From Chloroflexota bacterium (GTDB taxonomy: Bacteria > Chloroflexota > Dehalococcoidia > Lucifugimonadales > Lucifugimonadaceae): 64,000 nt of DNA. Numbering within the stretch: position 1 is the first letter of the stretch; the number at the start of each line of letters is the position of its first letter. The notes beneath the pieces were generated by a model. It was not told the DNA's origin, did no database searches, and saw only the letters and a list, made by a program, of their open reading frames with translations. The stretch is taken from positions 10,931-74,930 of the forward strand of contig JABHBJ010000093.1 of the NCBI GenBank assembly GCA_018673955.1. The letters run 5' to 3'. This document shows, piece by piece, positions 18,764 to 28,083 of the stretch. Made by a program: the position numbers and the translations under genes.

Positions 18764-19972
18764 TCAACCCATACGGAGTAACGAATTGGCCATATTGGCT
18801 CGCCAGGCTTCAACCGACTCTGATGTCCATTCGTAAAAGCCCTTGCCGGTCTTCACGCCAAGATCGCCCGATTCGATCTTGTCGAGCAATATATTTGGAA
18901 GCTCACAGTCGTTATTGAGTTCGGCGAATAGTTCGGACATATCGGAATGTGAAACCGACCCAAACACTCCGATTTCAGCGAACTTCGGGCCAAATCCGTT
19001 GCGGACAATATCGTCGATCTCGGCTGCAGTCGCCTCACCGCTCTCAACTGTCGACATCGCCTCACGTAACAATGCAACCTGCAAGCGATTGCTGATAAAG
19101 CCTTGAATTTCGATACGAACTACAGCAGGTTTCTTTCCAATCGCCTCGTATTCGTCTTTGACCAAGCTAACGACTTCGCTGGATGTGTCAGGACCCGTAA
19201 TAATCTCGATGCCCGGTAACAAATGAGGCGGATTGAAGTAGTGAATTCCAACAACTCGCGACGTTCGATTGGTGACCGAACCATAAGCGCTCGGAACAAA
19301 TGTCGAACTATTCGAAGCGAGTACAGAGTGAGTAGGTGCTGAAGAATCGATTTCAGCGAATATATTTTTCTTTAGATCGATATTTTCTGAAGCAGCTTCG
19401 ATTACGAGATCAGCATTTTTTACAGATTCGCCTAAATCGGTCGAAGTTGAAATATGTGTAAGAGCATGCTCGATCTGATCTTCAGAAATTCGACCCACAG
19501 AGGCGAGCGCCTTTAGTCCCACACGAGCTCTCGATATCGCATCGCTCAACAAGTAATCAGAAACGTCGTTTAGAAATACCTGCTTGCCGTGAACAGCCAA
19601 TTCAAGCGCGATTCCGTGCCCTAAAAGTCCTGCACCTATAACTGCAACATTCTGAAACTTCGACGCCGCAGACGAGCTACTGCCAGTAAAGCCCGTACTC
19701 TCACAAACGTCAGGTACAACAATCTCGGACGCCGATGTTGCTGCTGAAATTTCACTGACTAATTCGCCAGCGATAACCTGAACCAGATCCCATCCGATCT
19801 GCTCCCAAATCTCGAACGGTCCGCCCACAGACCACCGACGACCTATCGAGTTGGTGATAACTCGGTCGACATCACCCGCATCACAGACGCCAGCCTCAAC
19901 CAACGCAACCGACTCCCGGTAAATCGCCGCCTGCAACCTAAAAGAAATGCCTTCGCTAGCCTCAACGTTCAT
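18764..19972 (-). CDS. 3-hydroxyacyl-CoA dehydrogenase family protein with an extra N-terminal dimerisation domain
   Basis: VAVIGAGLLGHGIA, EAASENIDLKK, LASNSS, IHYFNPP, GFISNRLQ and GVKTGKGFY. Confidence 0.88.
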   Translation of the reverse strand: MNVEASEGISFRLQAAIYRESVALVEAGVCDAGDVDRVITNSIGRRWSVGGPFEIWEQIGWDLVQVIAGELVSEISAATSASEIVVPDVCESTGFTGSSSSAASKFQNVAVIGAGLLGHGIALELAVHGKQVFLNDVSDYLLSDAISRARVGLKALASVGRISEDQIEHALTHISTSTDLGESVKNADLVIEAASENIDLKKNIFAEIDSSAPTHSVLASNSSTFVPSAYGSVTNRTSRVVGIHYFNPPHLLPGIEIITGPDTSSEVVSLVKDEYEAIGKKPAVVRIEIQGFISNRLQVALLREAMSTVESGEATAAEIDDIVRNGFGPKFAEIGVFGSVSHSDMSELFAELNNDCELPNILLDKIESGDLGVKTGKGFYEWTSESVEAWRANMANSLLRMG

Positions 19973-20008
19973 ATGAATCGAATCCGTCCTAAAGAAAAAG
20001 TGACTCGG

Positions 20009-21163
20009 TCACACTGAGTAACCTACTGAGCCGTCTTCTCGCATTGGAATGACTTGCAAATTGCGTGGTTCGTAAGGCTGCGACTGGAAACCTTCTACTT
20101 CCAAATCTATTCCGATGCCGATGGCGTCGGGAACCGGAATATATCCGCCGTCACGCTGCCACGCCGAGTTGAACATAGCGTTGAAAGGCTGTTCGTCTTC
20201 TTTCGAGTACTCCTGAGTAAGGAAGTTCGGAATCGATGTATCGAGGCCGCAAGCCGCCGCAGTTAAAACTGGACCAAGGAAATTATGAGTAACGACCGCC
20301 GAGTGGTAGGACTCCGCTATTGCAGCGATCTTTTTCACAGCGGTAAACCCGCCGGCAAGACCAAGATCGGGACGTGCATATTGGCTTCCGCCCAGTTCGA
20401 ACATTTCTCTAAATTCCCAGATCGAATGCATACGCTCGCCGTTTGCGACCGGAAGCGTAGTTCTCTGAGCGACCTCGGCCTGCGATTTGATCGAATCGAT
20501 CTGCACCGGGTCCTCGTAAAACGCTGGTTGGAATTCAACCAATTGTTCAGCAAGCGCAATCGCAACCATCGGCGTTAGTTTGCGATGAATTTCCAAAATG
20601 ATGTCGCAATCCAACCCCGCACCATCTCGCATTGCAGCAACGTTCTCACGCGTGTCGTGAATCAATCGAGGAAGCGTCATCGACTGGAAACCGTCAGGCA
20701 GAGGATCTGTCTTGATCGCAGTGAAACCCTGCTCAACCGCTTGACGTGCATTCAACATCAATCCCTGCGATGTTGTTCCTTGATCCGAAGCATCAGGTCG
20801 AATTCCGCCCATCAACAAGTGAAGGCGAATCTTGTTGCGAACTTTGCCTCCCAGAAGCTGCCACACCGGAGCTTCGAGGTGCTTGCCCTTGATGTCCCAT
20901 AGCGCAATATCAACAGCACTCAACGCACCCGAAAGCACTGATCCACGGAAGGGGCCCATTCGGTACATGTACTGCCAGTGATGCTCGATATCTAGAGGGT
21001 CTTTTCCGACGAGATAATCGGCGAATTTCTTCACGACTTGGTCGGTCGCTTCGAGATAACCCCAACATGCTGACTGTCCGACACCAACAAGACCGTTATC
21101 TGTGAATATTCTGACGATCTGGCTGTTACCGGCGAGGATCGATTCAACGCGTTCGATTTTCAT
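20009..21163 (-). CDS. Mandelate racemase/enolase superfamily acid-sugar dehydratase (DgoD-like)
   Basis: ALSAVDIALWDIKGK, KxD, EIH/ED/GE metal ligands and KKIAAIAE. Confidence 0.87.
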   Translation of the reverse strand: MKIERVESILAGNSQIVRIFTDNGLVGVGQSACWGYLEATDQVVKKFADYLVGKDPLDIEHHWQYMYRMGPFRGSVLSGALSAVDIALWDIKGKHLEAPVWQLLGGKVRNKIRLHLLMGGIRPDASDQGTTSQGLMLNARQAVEQGFTAIKTDPLPDGFQSMTLPRLIHDTRENVAAMRDGAGLDCDIILEIHRKLTPMVAIALAEQLVEFQPAFYEDPVQIDSIKSQAEVAQRTTLPVANGERMHSIWEFREMFELGGSQYARPDLGLAGGFTAVKKIAAIAESYHSAVVTHNFLGPVLTAAACGLDTSIPNFLTQEYSKEDEQPFNAMFNSAWQRDGGYIPVPDAIGIGIDLEVEGFQSQPYEPRNLQVIPMREDGSVGYSV

Positions 21164-21241
21164 TTTTTACTCTCTAGCGTTTTTTCCACGCTTTAGACAA
21201 TTCGGCATGCCGAAGATTCTGTACGGCGACGATCATACTGA

Positions 21242-21961
21242 CTATTTCGATCGAATCTCGGCAATTAGAGCGATTGTTGACTCCATATCGGTGACCCGAG
21301 GATGAGATTTGTAGCCAGCGTGACCGTTGTATCGATCAATCAAGATGGGTCGAAGACCTGCCTGTTCGGCACCGTAAATGTCCGATTCAATCTGGTCGCC
21401 AACAAAAGCCGCCTCATCTGCTGAGACATCAGCTTCCACTAGGGCCGCTTCAAATATTCGCCGGTTGGGCTTTTCTACCCCGGTTTCACCCGAAGTAACC
21501 GCGAAATCGACGTGACCAGTCAAGCCCATGTCATCGCACAGTCGTTGGCTGGTCGAGTTCATGTTCGATACGACACCTACACCCAAACCGAATGCTCTTA
21601 TCCTGTCCAGGCCTTCTATAACGTCAGGAAACAAGGCAATTCGGTACTCCTGTTTCCTAACCTCAGACCAAATTTCTCCCGAAAGTGAGAGTTCTACTTC
21701 GTGACCCGAGCCCTGAAGCACCAATTGCTCAAACCGAGCGAAAAACGCCCACTGCTCTTTCGCGTTCATCGTTCGTACCGGTTTGGTCGCATTTTGGCGA
21801 GTCATAAACTCATCTGCCATGTGATACCCAGCGTCGATGCCAGAAGCGGTAACTTCTAATCCGAACCGCTCAAGCGCCTGAGCTTGTATTTGCTCTCTCG
21901 GAGGATCAAACCCCGCAAGAGTGCCGTACACATCGAACAAAACTGCCTTCAGTTCAGACAT
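21242..21961 (-). CDS. HAD-IA family hydrolase
   Basis: FDVYGTL, VVSN, GVEKP and VGDQIESDIYGA. Confidence 0.88.
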   Translation of the reverse strand: MSELKAVLFDVYGTLAGFDPPREQIQAQALERFGLEVTASGIDAGYHMADEFMTRQNATKPVRTMNAKEQWAFFARFEQLVLQGSGHEVELSLSGEIWSEVRKQEYRIALFPDVIEGLDRIRAFGLGVGVVSNMNSTSQRLCDDMGLTGHVDFAVTSGETGVEKPNRRIFEAALVEADVSADEAAFVGDQIESDIYGAEQAGLRPILIDRYNGHAGYKSHPRVTDMESTIALIAEIRSK

Positions 21962-22008
21962 TCATCGCTCACTTTGTATCTTTGGTCTTTGGCGCAAATG
22001 CTTTTCAC

Positions 22009-22722
22009 CTAGTTAAACTCGCCAATCGGCTGAAGAGTCCGTGCGGCACCGCCAACCCAACTTGCCTGAGTAGATTTCAACGTGGCAGATACCGCGTTCA
22101 AGCTACTGCCTGTAGTAAACACGTCGTCTACAACCAGAATTCGGCGACCTACTATCGCACCAACCGATTTCAATTCCTCCGCGAACACGCCTGAAAGAGC
22201 ACCACGCCTCACAACTGCAGTCGGCTGCTCTGGCTGCGAAACAGTGTTTATCGACCGGAACGACAGATCGCCACGATATTCAACACCCAGAGGGTAGGAA
22301 AGTTTTTGCGCCAATATCGCGGACTGGTTGTACCCGCGTTCTCGAACCCGCGACTTGTGCATCGGCACCGTCACTGCGATGTCAGGTTCAGCGCTGATCA
22401 TCGGTTCGGTGTTGAACATTCCGCACAATACCGAACCGAGTGCTCTCACATCGTCGAGTTTGAAGGCTAGTACAGCCGGTCTCGTAGGAGATTCGTAAAG
22501 ATATGAGCCACACATCCGATCGAGCGATGATCGTTCGATCACGCATCGTGTGCAAATTCCGGGTTTCTCCAGTGGTTCGGCACATTTGCTGCAAACGTCA
22601 TTTGGTACAGCAGGAGAGTCAACCAGACAGCCGCTCCACAGCAGTGAACCGCCACTACCGCAAGTGGACGGGAATGCCAGATCCAACGCGCCTGACGTTA
22701 ATTCTCTTAGTGTTGTTATCAA
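22009..22722 (-). CDS. comF: ComF family phosphoribosyltransferase-like protein (eroded first zinc ribbon)
   Basis: CSKC and CTRC, VPMH...RERGYNQS, and ILVVDDVFTTGSSL. Confidence 0.75.
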   Translation of the reverse strand: MITTLRELTSGALDLAFPSTCGSGGSLLWSGCLVDSPAVPNDVCSKCAEPLEKPGICTRCVIERSSLDRMCGSYLYESPTRPAVLAFKLDDVRALGSVLCGMFNTEPMISAEPDIAVTVPMHKSRVRERGYNQSAILAQKLSYPLGVEYRGDLSFRSINTVSQPEQPTAVVRRGALSGVFAEELKSVGAIVGRRILVVDDVFTTGSSLNAVSATLKSTQASWVGGAARTLQPIGEFN

Positions 22723-22846
22723 TTGGGCGTTATCAGATAAAAATCTTGTTCACAACGTGCCATCAGACCATGAATTCACTAGAATAGCGGAGTAACGGGC
22801 TGGGGCCTGGTTAATGAACATATTTCCGGTTCGAATTGGGGGATAC

Positions 22847-23440
22847 TTGAAACTTACGATCACCGCCAACAACACGACTATAACCGACGCCATTAGGGCA
22901 TATGCCGAGAAGCGACTCAGCATCCTTGATCGCAGATTTCGTGATCCGGTGCCTGTGTTCCTGCAAATACGTAAAGAACAAACCAAAAAGGAAGAAGACC
23001 GATTCATTGCTGAAGTAACCATCAGACTAAAGCGTGGTGTTATTCGAGGGGAAATGCGAGGCGACTCGCCTTACACCGCCGTCGACCACGTTTCCGACAC
23101 TGTTACCCGGCAAATAAGCCGGTATAAGAATCGCTATTCCGACAAGACACGACGCACCGCTGAAGGCGGACTTGGTTTAGCAATCGCCGAGCAATTGGCG
23201 CAAGAGTCAGTATCAGAAGTTGATGACAGTGGCATTACGACTCTCGAACACGGCCAGCTCGTACGAACGAAACGCCACAAAATGTCCTCGGAAACGGTCG
23301 AGGACGCAGCCGGTCAAATGGAGCTTCTTGGTCACAACTTCTACGTATTTCTAAATAAGGAAACCGACGAAATCAACGTGGTATATCGACGACACGATGA
23401 AGACTACGGCCTGATCGTTCCCGAAGAAGCGGAAGCCTAG
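22847..23440 (+). CDS. hpf: Ribosome hibernation promoting factor, long form
   Basis: ITDAIRAYAEKRL N-domain and QMELLGHNFYVFLN...NVVYRRHDEDYGLI C-domain. TTG at 22847 after GGGGGA is preferred over ATG 22814. Confidence 0.92.
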   Translation: MKLTITANNTTITDAIRAYAEKRLSILDRRFRDPVPVFLQIRKEQTKKEEDRFIAEVTIRLKRGVIRGEMRGDSPYTAVDHVSDTVTRQISRYKNRYSDKTRRTAEGGLGLAIAEQLAQESVSEVDDSGITTLEHGQLVRTKRHKMSSETVEDAAGQMELLGHNFYVFLNKETDEINVVYRRHDEDYGLIVPEEAEA

Positions 23441-23463
23441 ATCAACCCAAGTTTTGGAAATGG

Positions 23464-23492
23464 AATAAGCCGACTCTAGTAGTCGGCTTATT
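23464..23492. terminator. Bidirectional terminator between hpf and the YYY gene
   Basis: AATAAGCCGACT-ctagt-AGTCGGCTTATT, a perfect 12-bp stem. Confidence 0.8.
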
Positions 23493-26400
23493 TGTTGAAG
23501 ACGGTGCTTTTACCTGTCGGTGTATATTCGTAGATCACAACCGGTGTATCGATTCCGTCTGAGATCATCTCAGAAGTCGGATACACCTGTTCAAGTCCAT
23601 TGATATCCATCGTTTCGAACTTGTTCAACCCGTTTTCAGGATACTTTGCCCGCTCCATCTCGCCGATGTAAACGTACTTCACACCGTATTTATCGAGAGT
23701 AAAAATTGCAGTCTGGCGTAGGGTCGTGTCGAAGAATCTATCTACCTCAACACGACGGGCAGAAACCGTCGAAGCGTAGCCAACTCGCTGTTGTCTCTGA
23801 TGCCAGTCCCAGCCAATAACTGACGGCAGGCCGGTGTAGATCGAAACTCGGTTGCCCCATCGATACTGATCGCTCAAACCCTCGATAATCACTGGCGAGC
23901 CTTCGATATTCTCCTGCATCCACGTTATTGCATCGAAATCGTACTGCAACGTTAGAGGACCTTCATGGTCGTTGTAAGTAACCGATTCCATGTACGTCAT
24001 ACCGTCGAGAGCCAGACCGCTGAATTCAAATCTCTCAGAATTTCTATCCCGGGTTCCAAGCACCGGATAAATCATCACGCCAATCACGAATACGGCAAGT
24101 CCAGCCATCCAAACACCTCGTGGCGCCCGAACATCCCTAAGTGAAAGTTTTCCGGCGACGGCTAGGAACCATAGGAAATAAGCCGAAGCCATCGCAAGCA
24201 ATATCCAAGCCTGTAGATAGAACTTGAACACGGTGTTCATCCGACCTATGTCGTCTTTTACCGTGAAAATATCGACACCGGCTGCGAGCGCCATGGCCAT
24301 CACAACCATCCCAACCGCCACAAGCGAATATCGAGAGCCGGGCACGCCAGAACCCTGAGCGACCACCCCTGCGCCAAACACGGAAGCACCAACAATAACT
24401 ACGAATGCGATCGTGGCGAAGCCAGTAAGCGCAAGCGTTAAGACCGATACGGCAACCAGTACGAGCACGATGTGCCATATCCAAGAGCTCGCACCCGAGC
24501 CCGGAAGTGGAGCACTCGTCAGCTTTGCCAAAGCATCAGCGAGTTTCTCTCGCCACATGAACACCAACCAGCTCAGAATCACCAGTAGGAATAACGAGTG
24601 GATAACGATGTATCGCCAGAGATCGGTGGTGAACTGGCTTTTAATGACGCCATTGTTGAACAGTTCAAAATTGGAATGGAATGGCAGGAACACCACGTGC
24701 CCGACAACCGCAACAAATACCGCACTCACGCCGCCAACTACAAGTTTTCCAAAAAGAGATCTTTTGCTCGTCAACAACTGCCCGCCGACTAGGAAGCCAC
24801 CTGCCAACAAAAGTTGCGTCGGAAAATCCCAAGCATTGATAGCTCTCAGCGAGCCGATCAAGACGCCAATCACGAATAGACCTGCCAGAGATTCTGCCCA
24901 GTGACGCTTTCGACCAATTCTCAGATATGCAGCGACCGTCGCCGCAAACGCCGTTATCGCAACCGGAATCGCAATCAAATGTGCGTGCAAATCGGCAAAA
25001 AGGAATGTGAAAAATGGGAACTCGGTGATCTCATTTCCGGGCGATCCCGGAGCCATCATCCTCGAGCTACGCCAGAAATCGAAGAATCCGAACTGCTGAT
25101 CTTGAAAGAACGTTCGAGAAGCGCCCTCAAGCACTTGTAATAGACCATCTATATTCCCGGCAACAGCCACAAATATCACGGCGGTCAACCCTGCGAATAT
25201 CGGAGATTTTCGTGACCAAGCGGGGATTCGTCGTGCCCTTAGAGTGAGCTCGGCAAGTCCGCTAACTATGGCGTAAACACCACCAATCGTGAACATGAAC
25301 AGCAGCGGAACAGCGAGGTTGTAGGCGACCGATGGAACGATGCCAGTGAACCGAATCAACGTGGCGATCATGAACTGGCCAAAGTAGTAGTAGTTCAAAT
25401 ATCCACCGGCGTACCAAGGATCGTACGGCGGAATCGTCGAAGATTTCACCACGGCATTCAGATAGGCGAAGTCCATCGGCTTCTCGCCACCCTTCCATGG
25501 GTGCCAAAGATCGGGATTCGCCGCTCGAATTAGCAAGAATGCAACATACCCAACCAAAAGCAGCAATTCCATCCTGATGAATCGCCGCTTATTAGAACGC
25601 AAATGGTTTATGAGATCACTGCCTGTCGATCGCGTAGATAAATACGAAACCACACCCAACAGAACCACCGCGAGCAAAACGGCAAAGAAGCTGAAATGCA
25701 ATACGTTCACGCTCACCAGAAGCCATGCCGTGGTCGCAACTAACACCAATCCCAACGGCTTTGCGAACACGTAACCGCCGTCTGGCCACGGCCTGAACAC
25801 AACGAACGCTATCGGCAGAACGACAAATGCAAATAGCTGTGCTGCCAAATACCAAACGACCGGAGTCAACGAGTCAGGCATCCAGCGCAGGAACATGATC
25901 GAACTCCAAGTACCACCCGATTGCTGAATCTCAGCGGCCTCTTCCGAAAGTAGCAAGCCAACTTCTGGTAGCGACACCTCTCTCACAGCAGGTCCGGTAG
26001 CTCCCATTTCGAATTTCAAACGCTGCGCCGAGTAGCCTTCGGTATTTTCGAACACGAACGTTTGCGGATGCTCGTAAACCGAGAAGCTTTCGTCGGCCCA
26101 GCCGAATCCCGCGGTGAAAAGCCCGCTAGAGGGGGGACCGAATCCCTCTGGGGGGCCGAAATCGAGCCGTGCGAAAGGATCTTCGTAGTAGTCGACACCT
26201 AGTCCGCCAATATAGCGACTTCCTGAGTACGCCAGTTCATAACCTAGTTCGCCGGAGAACATTTTCTGGTAGAACACTGAGGTGATTGGATATCTTTCCG
26301 GCAAACGAGGAATTGTTGCGTAAAGACGGTTGCTCAAAAGAACAAAATAATCTGACTTCGCCAGCAAAACACTGAGCTGGTCGAACTTGTTACTGCTTTC

Positions 26401-27939
26401 GTCGTTGTACAACTCAGCCCGTTCGTGCATATCAAGACCGATGACACCAGGAATACCCTCTTCCCAATGCTCTTGAACTACCTTTGAACCGGGCGTCGCG
26501 TTTTCACGAAGATAGGTCGAAACATCGTTTAGCGGATGCTGACCCGAGTAGACGTTCATGAACGAAAGCGAGTAGTGGACAGTGAATATCAATACCAAAG
26601 CAATCGGTAACGCCTGCAGCCAACGCCTGTTCGGCTGAAGAGATCTAATTACCTCGAATGCCCACCACAAAACTCGGGCCCCATACAGAATCAGGAACGG
26701 CGTGATCGGCATCATGTAACGCATGAACTTCACTTCGAACCAACCAGTAATCAACAAGTACGGAATAACCCAAGCCAATATCACCAGATCGGCTTTGCGT
26801 TGCGCAAGTACTCCAGCAATCAACGCGCCCAACAGCCCCAACCAAACGGTAATACCAAGTATCGGACCGAGACCCCACGTACCTAGCTGGACCATCTGGT
26901 ACACGTATTTGGAGGTATCTGCGTACTGTCTCGTGAAAGGAAAATCGACATCGCGCCGAACCATCTTCCCTTGTGTCGAAATATTCTCTAAGTAAGTCGC
27001 AAAATCGATGAACATATATGGCTGTGTTACAACCAAAACCACCAAAATCGCGATTCCCGCAATTACTACGTTCTTGAACGCAAGCCACTGTCTTATTACA
27101 GCCTCACCTGAGCCAGCACCGTTCGTATCTAGTCGATCACCACTTCTCGACGTCGCATAGATCAAATGGGCAAGAACTAAAGCCAAACCAAGCGGCAGCA
27201 CCGAGAATTTGGTCGCAACGGCAAGCCCGAACATGCCCCCCGCTAAAACGGAATCACGCCTTCGCCCATGTTCCGCAACTCGAATCGAGTAGTAAATCGT
27301 GGCGACAATGAATGTCGTCATGAACGTGTCTACCGCGAAGAAATGGCTCAACTGAATCTGTTGAACAGCGAGCGCTGATAACAACGCCGCCAAAACGCCA
27401 ACACGATTAGCGAATACAGCACGACCAATAAGGAATATGAAGAACACGGTCGCCGTATCTGATATCGCCGAAAGTGCCCGTCCGGCGTAGCGCAGATCGA
27501 AAATACTCATCCACTGGTACGGAGCGACTGCATACTGGACGGCCTTAAGCGCATAGTGCGGCAAACTACCCCAGTTAAACGACCCCGGGTTCAGCGTGCT
27601 CAACTGCGGATCAGTAACATCCGCCCACTCATCACCTTCGGGAAACTGCAGGTTGTAGACCTGAGAAAGGAACGCCCGTTCGTCAGGATGAAAAAGCCCG
27701 CCTTGGTCCCAGTTGATTCCGTACAAGCGCAATGCCAGCGCCAGCAACAAGATCAGCGCCAGCGCATAGCGCGTCGAAATCCTCGGCATACGGCCGCTCT
27801 TCGCGATCGCGTCTGTTTGAGAGTGTTCAGCAGGTAAATTGTTGATGACAAAGCCTGATTCGGGATTTGAACTAGCTACGAGATCTCTCGTTGCAGCATT
27901 GTTCAGATATTTCGAATCGACATTCTTATCTTCACGCAT
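23488..27939 (-). CDS. DUF2298 / Chlor_Arch_YYY membrane protein fused to an N-terminal PMT-like (GT-C) glycosyltransferase
   Basis: N-half FHPDER, HFFAVD and VKFMRY; C-half GGEKPMDFAYLNA, PPYDPWYAGGYLNYYYFG, EFPFFTFLFADLHAH, RMNTVFKFY and GWDWHQRQQR. True start may be downstream. Confidence 0.88.
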   Translation of the reverse strand: MREDKNVDSKYLNNAATRDLVASSNPESGFVINNLPAEHSQTDAIAKSGRMPRISTRYALALILLLALALRLYGINWDQGGLFHPDERAFLSQVYNLQFPEGDEWADVTDPQLSTLNPGSFNWGSLPHYALKAVQYAVAPYQWMSIFDLRYAGRALSAISDTATVFFIFLIGRAVFANRVGVLAALLSALAVQQIQLSHFFAVDTFMTTFIVATIYYSIRVAEHGRRRDSVLAGGMFGLAVATKFSVLPLGLALVLAHLIYATSRSGDRLDTNGAGSGEAVIRQWLAFKNVVIAGIAILVVLVVTQPYMFIDFATYLENISTQGKMVRRDVDFPFTRQYADTSKYVYQMVQLGTWGLGPILGITVWLGLLGALIAGVLAQRKADLVILAWVIPYLLITGWFEVKFMRYMMPITPFLILYGARVLWWAFEVIRSLQPNRRWLQALPIALVLIFTVHYSLSFMNVYSGQHPLNDVSTYLRENATPGSKVVQEHWEEGIPGVIGLDMHERAELYNDESSNKFDQLSVLLAKSDYFVLLSNRLYATIPRLPERYPITSVFYQKMFSGELGYELAYSGSRYIGGLGVDYYEDPFARLDFGPPEGFGPPSSGLFTAGFGWADESFSVYEHPQTFVFENTEGYSAQRLKFEMGATGPAVREVSLPEVGLLLSEEAAEIQQSGGTWSSIMFLRWMPDSLTPVVWYLAAQLFAFVVLPIAFVVFRPWPDGGYVFAKPLGLVLVATTAWLLVSVNVLHFSFFAVLLAVVLLGVVSYLSTRSTGSDLINHLRSNKRRFIRMELLLLVGYVAFLLIRAANPDLWHPWKGGEKPMDFAYLNAVVKSSTIPPYDPWYAGGYLNYYYFGQFMIATLIRFTGIVPSVAYNLAVPLLFMFTIGGVYAIVSGLAELTLRARRIPAWSRKSPIFAGLTAVIFVAVAGNIDGLLQVLEGASRTFFQDQQFGFFDFWRSSRMMAPGSPGNEITEFPFFTFLFADLHAHLIAIPVAITAFAATVAAYLRIGRKRHWAESLAGLFVIGVLIGSLRAINAWDFPTQLLLAGGFLVGGQLLTSKRSLFGKLVVGGVSAVFVAVVGHVVFLPFHSNFELFNNGVIKSQFTTDLWRYIVIHSLFLLVILSWLVFMWREKLADALAKLTSAPLPGSGASSWIWHIVLVLVAVSVLTLALTGFATIAFVVIVGASVFGAGVVAQGSGVPGSRYSLVAVGMVVMAMALAAGVDIFTVKDDIGRMNTVFKFYLQAWILLAMASAYFLWFLAVAGKLSLRDVRAPRGVWMAGLAVFVIGVMIYPVLGTRDRNSERFEFSGLALDGMTYMESVTYNDHEGPLTLQYDFDAITWMQENIEGSPVIIEGLSDQYRWGNRVSIYTGLPSVIGWDWHQRQQRVGYASTVSARRVEVDRFFDTTLRQTAIFTLDKYGVKYVYIGEMERAKYPENGLNKFETMDINGLEQVYPTSEMISDGIDTPVVIYEYTPTGKSTVFNK

Positions 27940-28083
27940 GAAGAGGAATTCTATCGGTGTGCATTAGATCAGCGCAGCATATTTCGTACCTGTCGATACG
28001 CAACCAGCGACATTATCGACTCATTCCTTCGGGAAAATCCCAACGATTCTGCGGTTTGACCACCGACGCACCCGCATCTACGC

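Noticed and set aside
22723-22846. raiA motif RNA between comF and hpf
   Set aside because: The gap is only about 125 bp, the genes are divergent, and no recognisable motif is present.
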